From Takakia lepidozioides (lineage: Eukaryota > Plantae > Bryophyta), in the NCBI GenBank assembly GCA_030704615.1, contig CM060731.1, positions 56,854,001-56,918,000 of the forward strand: DNA of 64,000 nt. Reading direction: 5' to 3'. Positions 23,439-34,838 of this stretch are shown in pieces. How positions within the stretch are numbered: the stretch's first letter is position 1; every line of letters begins with the position of its first letter. The notes beneath the pieces were generated by a model. It did no database searches. It had not been told where the DNA came from and worked only from the letters and a program-made list of their open reading frames with translations. A program made the translations under genes and the position numbers.

Positions 23439-25722
23439 TCACTCCTTGATAGAACGTAAGAAATCACATAACACGCGGTCAAACAAATCCTCCGCTTCTA
23501 CCTGTCCAATATAGCCAATTATACGATTATCTTGGCATTCAGATTGGTGTTTAGCTGGCTTCTTTGCAGGATAGGCAACTACCAAGCTGATGCAACCATC
23601 TTTGCATGCGGCAAGCACCCTTGTTTTGGACTCGGAACTATTCTTGTACATCTGTTCCGGATCTGTAGTTGCCACTGCTCTAGCCCACTGCACCTCAGAT
23701 CGCAGCTTCAGTTGACAGAAGACAGGAATCTTCAAATTCCCAAGTCTCACAACAAAAAGAACATCAGCTCCAGATCCGTCGTCAAAAATGAGGCATGGCG
23801 GACGAGATTTCTCTTCAGCATCAAGAAATTTACTTACGGTGTGGATCCTATATGACTCCCTCCACACTCCTCACCTTCACCGGTAATCGTTGGCTTGTCC
23901 CTTGCGAATTTTGGAGGCAGGGTTGCATCCTTGAAACAGCACATATCGGCCAACAATTTTGTGCCGTCAAACAGCTTGGCCACATGAACTGTGAAAAGTT
24001 TCTCCCATGCCCTACCCATTGCACTGGGATCATCCTTGCAACCAACCATGTAGTCTTTAAGTGATTTCTCAAATGAATGGTTGATCGTCAAATAGTTCAT
24101 GATGCTATGATGGACTGTCGGTTCGACTATAGAGAAAGTGAATTGGGAACCTGTTGAATGGTGTAGCTGTCCAAGGCCACACTCGAGCAAAGTCATATCT
24201 CCGTCCGTTGAAACGGTATGTTCTCCCCTCCCTGCATAGGCAAAGGAGGTTCCTATTCTTTGCACCAAGGAAGCACCATTGAATGATTCTTCTTTCAGGA
24301 CAAATGTGCCTTTTGCTCCACACAGAGCGCTCACAGCATAATAAATGGAAGTGCTGTCATTGGTGTTGCTTGTGATCTCCTTGAAATAGTTGTCTACTAC
24401 CGTTATATCCCATCTTCCTCCAGCCTTCCTCAGAAGGCGCTCGACACAACTTACCAAACACCTTCGACGGCCTCTGAACTTTTCCAGCAGATACTGGGCA
24501 TTGTCCTCCATATGATCATCCTCTAGCTTCAGGTACTCGCTGCAGAATTTCAGAACCTGACGCACATCTGTCCATGAAGAAAATGGAGCAGAAGAAAATG
24601 GAACCGGGCCACCACCCCCTTCTTTTGCAATCAGCGAACCTATGTCCGCTTCCAGCTTCAAAAAGCTGACACCTGTACCAGCAACAAATACTTTCTGCTT
24701 TGGCAACGCCGTAGATGGCCCCACTAGGGCTTTGATCAACGGAGAAAAAATGGACCTTAGCTCTTTCATCTCGGGGGATTCATAGTCATTTACATTTTTC
24801 CTTCCCAACACCTGCGCTTCATCCAGAACTACACTGAAAGTGCCAACCTTCCCCTCTAAATCCGTCCACAGTTTTTCTATCCTAGCATTTAGCCCCTCTG
24901 AATCTTCCAGGGAAGTAACCACGTTAAAAAGTTTCCAAGTAAGCACATCATATAGATCGTTACGATCTGCACCAAGGAAAGCACGGACTTGCACCTGGAG
25001 CATGAGCCATTGCAGAGGACTCAAATCAGGAATTTCTTGGTGTCAAAATTCCAAGATTAACAACCTTGAAAGAATGGCACACCTCATACGTTTCATCACA
25101 TTCCTGTGATTCATTGCCTTATCGACCTCTATCTCGTGAGAACTCACAGAGGCGACATCATCTGACCCACCGTTTCCTTTGGTTTTAGCTGTCCAAAAAA
25201 AACCCCACTTCTCTGCAAGCAGCTCGTAAAGAAACCGAGTTTTCCCACTCCCACTCACTCCAACAACTGGCACAACACCATTCGAGCCATCATTCGCTCG
25301 TTCCCACAAATCACCAACATCTTCAGTCCAACGAGCAGTTAATTTATCCAGTAAAATGCTTGGATAACCACAGTGGTCGAATGGCACACCGTTCTGTATA
25401 GACAAATTGCACCCCATCTTTTTGAACGTGTCCAAAAACTCAGAAAATTTCAAATTCCATTCTTGCATAACCACCTTCACTGATTCTGTAAGCAAAACCC
25501 ACACACTTTCCGTCACTCCTGACAGATCCATGTATCTGAAGAAAAATAAGAGCATCCTATCTTGCAAATAATTGAACAATACAAAAGATACACCAACAAA
25601 GCCTATGACCAAAGAAAATGCAAAGAGAAGGGGAACATGGAAGGGAAGGCCAAGTAACAGAGTAGCTCCACCTGAAAACCCGTTTCCAGAGGTTTTCAAT
25701 CTCTTCGCAGATCTCTCTCCCC
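23439..25722 (-). pseudogene. Crinkler (CRN)-like P-loop NTPase + PD-(D/E)XK restriction-endonuclease-fold gene with one in-frame TGA and one frameshift
   Basis: Walker A VVGVSGSGKTRFLYELLAEKWGFFW; Walker B VVLDEAQ; VAGTG; FRGRRR; then GRAWE...GSGADVLF...FCQLKLR. The TGA at 25043-25045 is in frame with the next ORF; frameshift at ~23850-23870; probable intron ~25536-25679. Confidence 0.72.
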
Positions 25723-26143
25723 CTGCAAATATGTCAGATTTTGTCAAATTTCAAAAGATCTGCATTCATCCAAACTCTTACCATGGAATTACTGATGAAA
25801 CTGCTGTTGTATGGCAGCATCCTGTAACCCTAAGCCCTAAACCGAGGACAAACTAAATTATCTGAGCACACACCGATCTCTATCAGTCATGGAATATTCA
25901 GAAGTTTTCAATCTCTTCCCAAATCTCTCTCCCACTGCATATATGTCAGACTCCACCCATCACAGAGTATGTCCTGGCCTTGAAAGAGGCCCTCCCACAC
26001 TTTACACAGTCACTTCAAGATCTCTCCTCTTGCCCATGGTGATACAAGGAGGGAGGTAGAAGGTGCTGTAGATTCTTGGGAGAGCTTCGCCACTTCTGCT
26101 GCTGATAGAGTCATGGAAGGAAACTAATTATCTGTGGTAGAGC

Positions 26144-26375
26144 AATAAATTGGTGGACCCATGAGGTCAAGCTCAAGATTGCTGAGAGGCAGGCGCTCTA
26201 TAAGGACTGCTGTAATATCAAAGATGAAAAAATGCTCTGGTCTAGATACTACCAACTGCGTAAAGAGGTCAATCAGCTTGTAAGGGATCAGAAGAGGCTT
26301 TACTGGGAGAAGTTGTACAGTGACATAAACTTAACCCACCATGGTCGTAATGACAAAAGATTATGGTTGGCCTTA
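26144..26375 (+). mobile_element. Non-LTR retrotransposon ORF2 fragment (endonuclease-RT linker)
   Basis: NWWTHEVKLKIAERQALYK...YYQLRKEVNQLVRDQKRLYWEKL...KRLW resembles the PWW...K...W linker of LINE ORF2. Confidence 0.55.
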
Positions 26376-28308
26376 TAGCCAATCATCATAACACCAACAA
26401 TTGCACAACCAATACATGTACCCTACCTGGATCTTGGCAAGAACCACAACAGTGATAGACAATGTATATAGACTGGGAAAACGTAACACACCGAAGAGAA
26501 AAGAAGACAAGAACGCAGAACACTTTAAACCTGCCCTCATCTGCCGCAATCTGACCGACCTTAAGAAAATAATAGTCCTTTAGGTCTGGAAACCTTCAAG
26601 TGCAAACCCTGTTACCTGCTGGGGGTGCTACAAAAGAATAAACCACAAGTATCAACCAACAAAACGACTTGGAATAAAAATAGAAGAGGGTGTAAGGACA
26701 GCAATCACTGTACTATTGATAACATACCAGCAGCTTCAGAGGGTTCAAAGCAAAAAACATAACGAAAAAAAAACAAACCATAAACACTACCAAGAAGCTG
26801 CTTGTAATGCTAAAAATATGCAAATATCTCAAGATACTAGATTCAGTTTGAAATACCCTGTCCTAACAAACAACCGTGTCTTTCAAAGGACCCCCCTCAT
26901 ATTTTACTTGTTAACATGGATCTATCGAATGAATAAACTGCATGTATCAACCGTACACAGGATCACACACGGGATTGGGAGAAGCTGTTGAAACCCTGAG
27001 TGCACAACGCAGCCAAGAAACCAAAAAAATTGCAAACACTTGACTCCAAGCTACGCATTGAACGAATCATTGAACAAATCAGCAACTGCAGCGGGTTCAA
27101 CAATCAACTGCCCAATTGTCTTGCAAGAATTCAAATGTGCCTGCCCATCATCAGAATTGCAGACATAAAAACAAACGGGCTCAGACTGCCCTAGGCAACC
27201 CATCGACATTCACCAGACTCTCTCCATGACGCACTATCTGACACCCTAGCTAATGGGTGAACACTGTCACAGAAGGTTCTGCAACTCACATAAGTCACCA
27301 ACAACCACATTCTGTCATCGACCAATTAACAGCTCAAAACATGCGCACAATTTCGGCTAGAGCTTTCTATCTTCTGAAGATGGTACTCAAGAAATTGTAA
27401 AGGTTTGAACAACACTATTGATTCGCAGGTCACATGCATCAAAGTACTGAAGAGAGAACAGAAACTCATTCTTCACACATTGGTAGCAAACCCTACAAAC
27501 TTACACTCACCAGACTCCCTCCTGGACGCACTATCTGACACCCTAAACCATCAACCATGGTTTCCATAACCAACAATCCCACAAAGAAAGTAGGCTGCGA
27601 AGACAGACACAACACCGTTCAACCAAGAAGCAAGAGACGTAACAAAAATCAGATGAAGATTTGAAACCCTCGCCCTTGGGTGGTCTTGGTTCTTTGGCTT
27701 TGCCATCGCTATTTTCAGAGGTTAGTGTCGCTGCGTTATGGGCTTCCTGGGGTTCTAAGTTCTAACTTTTTTCCCCTTAAAAATTTGAAACAAATGCGAA
27801 TACATGAAAGCCTTGCCAATATAGTAAGGCGAGCTGCGGCATTGCTGCTCAACGTGCTGAGAAGGATCAACAAACTGCTTAAGGTGCATATGCAGTCAGC
27901 AAACATGTGCAACATCCAATTCTCAAAGTTTTGAACCTCCTGCTGGAGCTCTGTTACTCTACGAATGAATCGTGCTAAGCATCAAAATCCTTTGCTTAGA
28001 GCAAACATCTTCATTTTAAATTTTCATTTGGAAACAGGGGAATGGTAATGGCGCTGCTGAGTCCAGGCGGACTATGCAAAGGGTTTCTTTTTGGTACCGA
28101 GAATTAGTTCAAAGACAGTTGTAGATGAACTATTTCATCCAGATTTACAGATGAGCATCAGAACATACATAGTTGATACACGGGAGATGCATCAAATCCG
28201 AACTTTCAAGTGAGCCATCCTCATACAGCTGTACAAGTCAATCTTCTATATCCTTCTCCCCTCCCCTGAACAATCTGAGGTAGGAGCAAGTAAAGGTAAC
28301 GGACACAC

Positions 28309-28441
28309 CTTTTAACAATGCATTCGCAAATGCGTAATGATCTTTGTCAGTAGCCATGGCTACTACGGGGGGTAATTCTGCCTCTGGAAAGGCCTCTCGG
28401 AGTAGATGCGCCAATGCAATGGCAGATCCTTCAGTGTGTGC
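28309..28441 (-). pseudogene. Orphan exon of a dihydrofolate synthase / folylpolyglutamate synthase (FolC/GLA1-like) gene
   Basis: AG|(A)HTEGSAIALAHLLREAFPEAELPPVVAMATDKDHYAFANALLK|GT matches the DGAHT...VVAMAxDKDH C-terminal-domain pattern. Confidence 0.65.
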
Positions 28442-28856
28442 TAATACCGTCCATGAGAGATTGGGCTTCATGGAACCCAGTGAAGCCCAATCGAGTTTGC
28501 CATGGATCTTGTAGTAAAGAGGGCAAGAAAAGAAGTGAAAATGACTGAGAAAGCGAGAATGAAGGTGCTGTTTTGGGGGCTACACCAAATGATTGGAAAG
28601 CATAGGCAGGCTCCATAACCTCAACTCAACTATCAGGACTTGCATCACAACATATATTGACAGGGCTTGGATGTATTACATGCATTTGTTTCTCTCGCAA
28701 TTGTGAACACTTTTTGAGGTAGCCCGGGCAGCTGCCATGAGGAGCATAAGGCTCATGGAACAGTGCCCAAGGGAAGGGGTGAAGATAAGAGCAAACTCGA
28801 CAAGTCGTATGAGAGGGCAGCAACTGTGAATGTGGAAAAATTTCCGCTTCACACAG

Positions 28857-29025
28857 TCTCCCAAGTTTAATCAACCAGAACTGTTCTTCCGAGCCATCAA
28901 ACCACATGCCAAACAATGTCACCACATGGTTGCCACAATGCAATCTGGGCATGGTAAATGGAACAACAGATCCCCTTTGTATTTCAAGAGCCGTGCACAA
29001 CAACTGACAGCCAGCTCACCTGTCA
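28857..29025 (+). repeat. Direct repeat of 34193-34347 bracketing PPR locus B
   Basis: TCTCCCAAGTTTAATCAAC...GTCACCACATGGTTGCCACAATGCAATCTGGGCATGGTAAA...GCCAGCTCACCTGTCA is present at both sites. Confidence 0.9.
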
Positions 29026-31486
29026 CCAATATTCCCCGCAAGAACAAACCCCATCTTCAAAGTGATGAAAGCGGTTTGCGTCCCGCACCACAATTGTTCG
29101 GCCAACAATCTTTGAGATGAACTTGGTGGCGGTGTGGCAGTCACTACATACCCGTAGATTCTTGGTGAGACGGAGAGCCGTCCCAGGGGTCGTGCTGATC
29201 AGCCCAAAACCAATGGCCAGCTTCTCACTGTGGTAGCGAAGAGAAAATTCATTTTCCTCCTCCCCCACATTATGCAATACAAAGCGCGTGTCAGGCACGT
29301 AGCCTGCCTCCTTCATCTGCCCAGACAATCTTCTCAGCTCAGCATGGATTTCCTCAATTTTGGGATGCAATTTGTCATCTACAACAAAGGTGTGCACCTT
29401 GTTGCCAACCTCAATGCAGCAGCAGCCTGGCTTCTTCCTAACCCCTCGGACATTCATCATTTTTCTCACCCTTGAAATATCGTCCCACCTGCTAGCTGCA
29501 GCATAGATGTTTGATAGCAACACGTAAGTCGCGGCATCCTGTTCATACCACTTGAGAATGGATACTGCTGCACGTTCAGCAATCTCCACATTGCCATGTA
29601 TTCTGCAAGCGCCAAGCAAGGCCCTCCAAACCCCAGCATCTGGTTTGATTGGCATTTTACTAATGAGGTCCTCTGCCTCATCCAATTGCCCCGCACGTCC
29701 AAGAAGGTCCACCATGCAGCAAAAGTGCTCCACTGTTGGAGTGACACCATGATTTTGACTCATGGAATCAAAGTGGCGTCTTCCTTCATCCAGCAAGCCA
29801 GTGTGGCTACATGCAGAGAGAATACATATAAAGGTGATGATGTTCGGCTTCAACCCTTCCTTTTTCATTCCTTCAAATAGTTGCAGGGCCTCCCTGTGAC
29901 GACCATGCTGGGCATATCCTGCGATCATGGCATTCCAAGACACCGTGTTTCTTTCTGCCATAGAGTCGAACACTCCCTTTGCATCCTCAATGCTGCCGCA
30001 TTTGGCGTACATGTCCACAAGGGTATTGTTCAGAATGACGTCTGGTACGATTCCCGCTTTGATGATGTCACCATGGACCTCTTTGCCCCTTTCCAGGGCT
30101 GCCAGGCTCGCACACGCATTACAAACGCAAACGAATGTGACGATATTTGGCTTCACCCCTTCCAGCATCATTTGCTCATACATCCCCAAAGCCTCCATTC
30201 CACACCCATACTGGGTATATCCTGTGATCATCGCACTCCAAGACACCACGTTTCTTTTCTGCCATAGAGTCGAACACTCCCTTTGCATCCTCAATGCTAC
30301 CACATTTAGCATACATGTCCACCAGGGTAGTGTTTAGAATGACGTTTGGTACAATTCCCTTTGATGATGTCACCATGGACCTCTTTGCCCCTTTCCAGGG
30401 CAGCCAGGCTCGCACATGCATTGCAAACGCAGACGAACGTGACCATGTCAGGCTTCACCCCTTCCAGCCTCATTTGCTCATACATCCCCAAAGCCTCCAT
30501 TCCACACCCATGCTGGGCATATCCTGTGATCATGGCACTCCAAGACACCACGTTTCTTTCTGCCATAGAGTCAAACACTCCCTTTGCATCCTTGATGCTG
30601 CCGCATTTGGCGTACATGTCCACCAGGGTATTGTTCAGAATGACAACTGGTACGATTCCCGCTTTGATGATGTCACCATGGACCTCTTTGCCCCTCTCCA
30701 GGGCTGCCAGGCTCGACAATCATTGCAAACGCAGACGAATGTGACGCTGTTCGGCTTCACCCCTTCCAGCCCCATTTGCTCATACATCCCCAAAGCCTCC
30801 ATTCCACACCCATGCTGGGCATATCCTGCGATCATCGCACTCCAGGACACCACGTCTCTTTCTGCCATAGTGTCGAACACTCCCTTTGCATCCTCGATGC
30901 TGCCGCATTTGGCGTACATGTTCACCAGGGTACTGTTCAGAATGACATCTGGTACAATTCCCGCTTTGATGATGTCACCATGGACCTCTTTGCCTCTCTC
31001 CAGGGCTGCCAGGCTCGCACATGCATTGCAAACGCAGACGAACGTGATTTGGTTGGGCTTCAGACCTTCCAATATCAGTTGCTCATATGTCTCCAAAGCA
31101 TTCTTCCCACACCCATGCTTGTTAAATCCTGCCATCATAATATTCCAAGAGACCAAATCTCGTTCAGGCATGTTCTGGAAAACTTGGTGTGCATCCACAA
31201 TGCTTCCAAACTTAACATACATGTTCACAAGGGTGTTGTTTAGAAAAACGTTTGGCTTGAATCTGCTTCGAATAATGTGAGCATGCAGCTGCTTTCCAGC
31301 TTCCAGGCTTTTCATCTTCATACACTTCTGCAAGAGACAGACATAGGTATCTGAATCTGCTGAAACGCCTCCTTGGCTGAGAATCTGTAGAGCCTCTTTC
31401 AGTTGCCCTGCCTCACATAGCATCCTCACATGCCCAGAAGTGCCAGAAGAGCTGTTTTCTGTTTTCGGATAATTTCCTGTTGCCAC
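29023..31486 (-). pseudogene. PLS-class PPR-E-DYW C-to-U editing factor (locus B) with three frameshifts
   Basis: Repeated P-L-S triplets ([31 protein letters not shown]); RKKPGCCCIEV PG box; HSEKLA; CSDCH; CSCGEYW*. Indels at ~30718 (-1), ~30358 (-2) and ~30256 (+1). Confidence 0.9.
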
Positions 31487-32775
31487 ACTGGCAGTAACAT
31501 GTCATGATCACTCCAAGTCACCATAGATCCATCAAACGAGCCAAATTGGAGAACTTCAAATGCAAAATCAGGGACTAGTTGACACGTGTTGAAGAAAGTG
31601 CCTGATTTTATCAAGTCTTCTTCTGCAGCTGCTTCTGCTTTTTCCAGTTGCCCATCCACCCATCCTTGCATTGTCAGCTATCCCTCCCTTGCACCAACAA
31701 TGCATACATCCTCCCCTTGCTGCTAGCACCTCGTAATGGCAACCTAATTGGTCTTTCCTCCAACCCTCCTTTTCTTCCATAGACTTGGTGAGAGTGCAGT
31801 TTTAGGTAGAATTGTACAGGTGAGGGATGAATCATTATTACTTATGACGGACTAGTTGCTATGCTAAATTACTCTCAAGACTTTTAAAATGTGGTGGGGA
31901 GAGAGAATGTACTCATAAGATGTTGTTTGCCGTAGCCTTGTGGCCATTGACCCCACGCCCAGTTTGGGCGGAACAGAAGGGAACATGCACTACCTTTGTG
32001 AGAGAGAGAGAGAGCATGCCAATTCACAAGAAACTTTATGATGAATCTTGTCTACTGCTTCTCTATGCAAATTCACCTTTCTGCCTCGATAATCCCACCA
32101 TTGACTCAGGTCCGAAAAAATATTCCCTCCAAAGCTTCTCCTCATCTCTGTTTTCTATTTTCAGATAATTTCCTGTTGCCACAGTCGTAGTCACATGTCA
32201 TCATCACTCCAAACCAGCGTAGATCCATCCGACAAGGTAACTTGCAGCACTAGACCTTCAATATTAAGGATGACAATGAGGGAATTTACACAGATGTTAC
32301 ACAGCTTATGCACGACAAGGCTGCCCCTCTAGTCCAGTGTTTGAGTCATACTCACTTTCATCTGCAAGCTTTGGAGGAGCCCCACCATCAACACCAAAAT
32401 CAGAATCACACTCTGATATCTTTCCACCGTCACCAGACTCTTCTCGATCTTGTTGCATGGTAGTTAATTCTTCTTTCTCCCAACCCTCTTCTTTCAACCA
32501 ACCCTCCATCCAGAAGCCCTTTCGTATGCGCTGCTTATGTCTGTAGTCTGGAGACTTTGGAGACTTTGGAGTGTTCTGTGGAAATGACCGGCGAGCAGCT
32601 GAGCAATCACAATCTGAAACCCTACCTTGCAAACTCCAGGGGAAGACCTTGTGCATGTTACTTCCATTCCCTAATAACACAGGTTCCAACAACCAAGGGT
32701 ACAAGCCTGTGTACACAATATTACCATATCAGAGTTCTGTCAAACTCCTTACCATGCTACATGAAGAAAGCTCAC

Positions 32776-33217
32776 CTTGTCAACGACGCCGTCCCACCAT
32801 TGTGGAGAGTCTTTATAGAACTCCTGCCAGCGCTGTTCCATGCTCCAGCGTTGACCTATATGTGAGATATACCAATCATCAGCCTTGTCTAGCTATCCCT
32901 GGTGCCTTCTTGCTTCGGTCCAGAGTACATTTGTTTCTGCTGAATTGCTCAAAAGACAATTCCTTGTATCGATCCTATGGATACGACACAGCGAAGCCAG
33001 GAAGGGAAACCGCACTGTTTCGTGTTATCACCTAATTTGAATGGCATTCCTGAAGGTTGACGAGGAGCGATAACAACTGCATGCAAGGGGATGGAATTCC
33101 ATCCCATGTGCGTTGCCAATAAGGATGCCGCTTTCAGCTCCATAGCCGGGTCCCTCAATCCGCTGTAAGCAAAAAGGAGGGTGCTGTAGCCTAAATCTAG
33201 GGCTTCCGACTCCATTG
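32776..33217 (-). pseudogene. Degenerate first exon of locus B: leader plus first half of the PDF motif
   Basis: MELKAASLLA...PSGMPFKLG...GIVF, then HIGQRWSMEQRWQEFYKDSPQWWDGVVDK|GTGAG; same donor position as locus A. Confidence 0.72.
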
Positions 33218-34192
33218 TTTTCTCCCCAGTCCTTGTGAAAACAATGTGCACATGCGGGCCCTGCATTATAAATAATCTTTTGTTTTTAAACAATTTTTTA
33301 ATGCGATTTGTTTAAAATTAAAATAATTTTAATAAAACAGGTGAGAAATGAATTGGTCGTGAAAGGAATGAAATAAAGTTATAGTTTAAATATCTTTTTA
33401 AAAAATAATTTAAGAATAAATGTTTTAGGGAAACACCTGGGAAATATCTCCATATGATCAAGTTCTTATTTCTGGCGAAATTTCACACTTTTTCGACCTC
33501 AAAAATTAAATGAAATATTCTGTCGTAAATTCCCTGATTTCTCATGGATGAAATCGCCAAACTTTTCCAAATCTAGGATGAATTCGCCAAATATGGATGA
33601 TATACATGGATGAAAGAACAGTGGCAGATGATTCTATCTAAATTATAGTGGATGGACAGAAAATATGGCTATTTCTTGCAAAAATCAGTACGGCCACTCC
33701 TGTTCTTTTCCAAATTTGAAAAACAAATGAATGCTCAATAATTCCATGCATTTAGTTTTCCTCTCATATATCTTATTTATACCGTACTTGCCTTATGCTA
33801 TTCGTCATGACCCCGCCGGATTAATTAATTTTTTTAAAGAAGGGGTCCGGCAGCCTTTTTTTTAATTTCTGCAGTTCCGGTAGTTTTCCGATAAATACTA
33901 AGAAAGCTCTGCTGTATGTAAGTATATGTGCCTAGTACAATTGATTTGGTGTTGAAAGTTTAATCAGATAGTTAATTATGAATTAGACATTCCAGTGACG
34001 ACAAACTGGGAACTGATTTTAGGGATGACAAATATAGGCCCCCCTTTCGTTCGTCTCGTACACGCGGAATAGGACGAGTGGGCGTGGATGTGCAGAGCTG
34101 CAAGCAAACCGATGCAGGGTGAGAGCGCGATAGAGCGGATTGAGGGGGCCTGCTGTGGAGCTGAAATCTCGCTTTGGTCTGCAGAATAAAGA

Positions 34193-34347
34193 TCTCCCAA
34201 GTTTAATCAACAAGGACTGTCCGGAACAATATCAAACAATGTCACCACATGGTTGCCACAATGCAATCTGGGCATGGTAAACGGAACAACAGATCCCCTT
34301 CGTATTTCAAGAGCTGCAGCAACAACTGACAGCCAGCTCACCTGTCA
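34193..34347 (+). repeat. Second copy of the direct repeat (see 28857-29025)
   Basis: Direct sequence match with a few substitutions and one indel block. Confidence 0.9.
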
Positions 34348-34838
34348 TCTTCAATCTACACCCAAAAGGGAGGAAAGTGCGGCAAGGCCCCCAACTAGGC
34401 TTCACCTTTTAGAACCATACATTCTGCATACTAATCATATTTGTTGAACCACTCTCACTCCTAACAGCATGACAGTAAAATTGATATATGGAAGTTTGTG
34501 TGTATCAGCATGAAGACAGAATGTATCCACCTGACAGAATGCAGCAGCTGTGAGCAAACTCACCGCCCAAATGGAACCATAGGACACATTTTCTTGACTG
34601 TCCAGCATCCCCAGGCTAAGTTCGATTTCACCTAACTAATTGTTTGCTTTCGGAAATGATGTGTAATTGTACCTGCCTGCAACTCTCCCATATCCTAATA
34701 CACCCTACCAAACATCTTTTCCTCTGGAAGGCCCAGGCAGAAATGAAAAATGCTAACTACACCTTCACTTTCTGGCTCAAGGCCTGCAGGGCAGGCATTC
34801 ATTGAGCCTCAGTCACCCATGGCTGGATGTATCAAACC

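Noticed and set aside
25043-25045. In-frame TGA rescued by U-to-C editing or selenocysteine
   Set aside because: The gene is nuclear, a separate frameshift also exists, and no SECIS is evident; a nonsense mutation or sequencing error is simpler.
29023-29450. DYW domains as U-to-C (DYW:KP) editors
   Set aside because: They have a PG-type box, HSEKLA and DYW/EYW ends, typical of C-to-U enzymes.
30294-31280. 328-aa plus-strand ORF and other long antisense ORFs over the PPR, DnaJ and exonuclease genes
   Set aside because: These are antisense shadows of repetitive coding sequence with no independent motifs.
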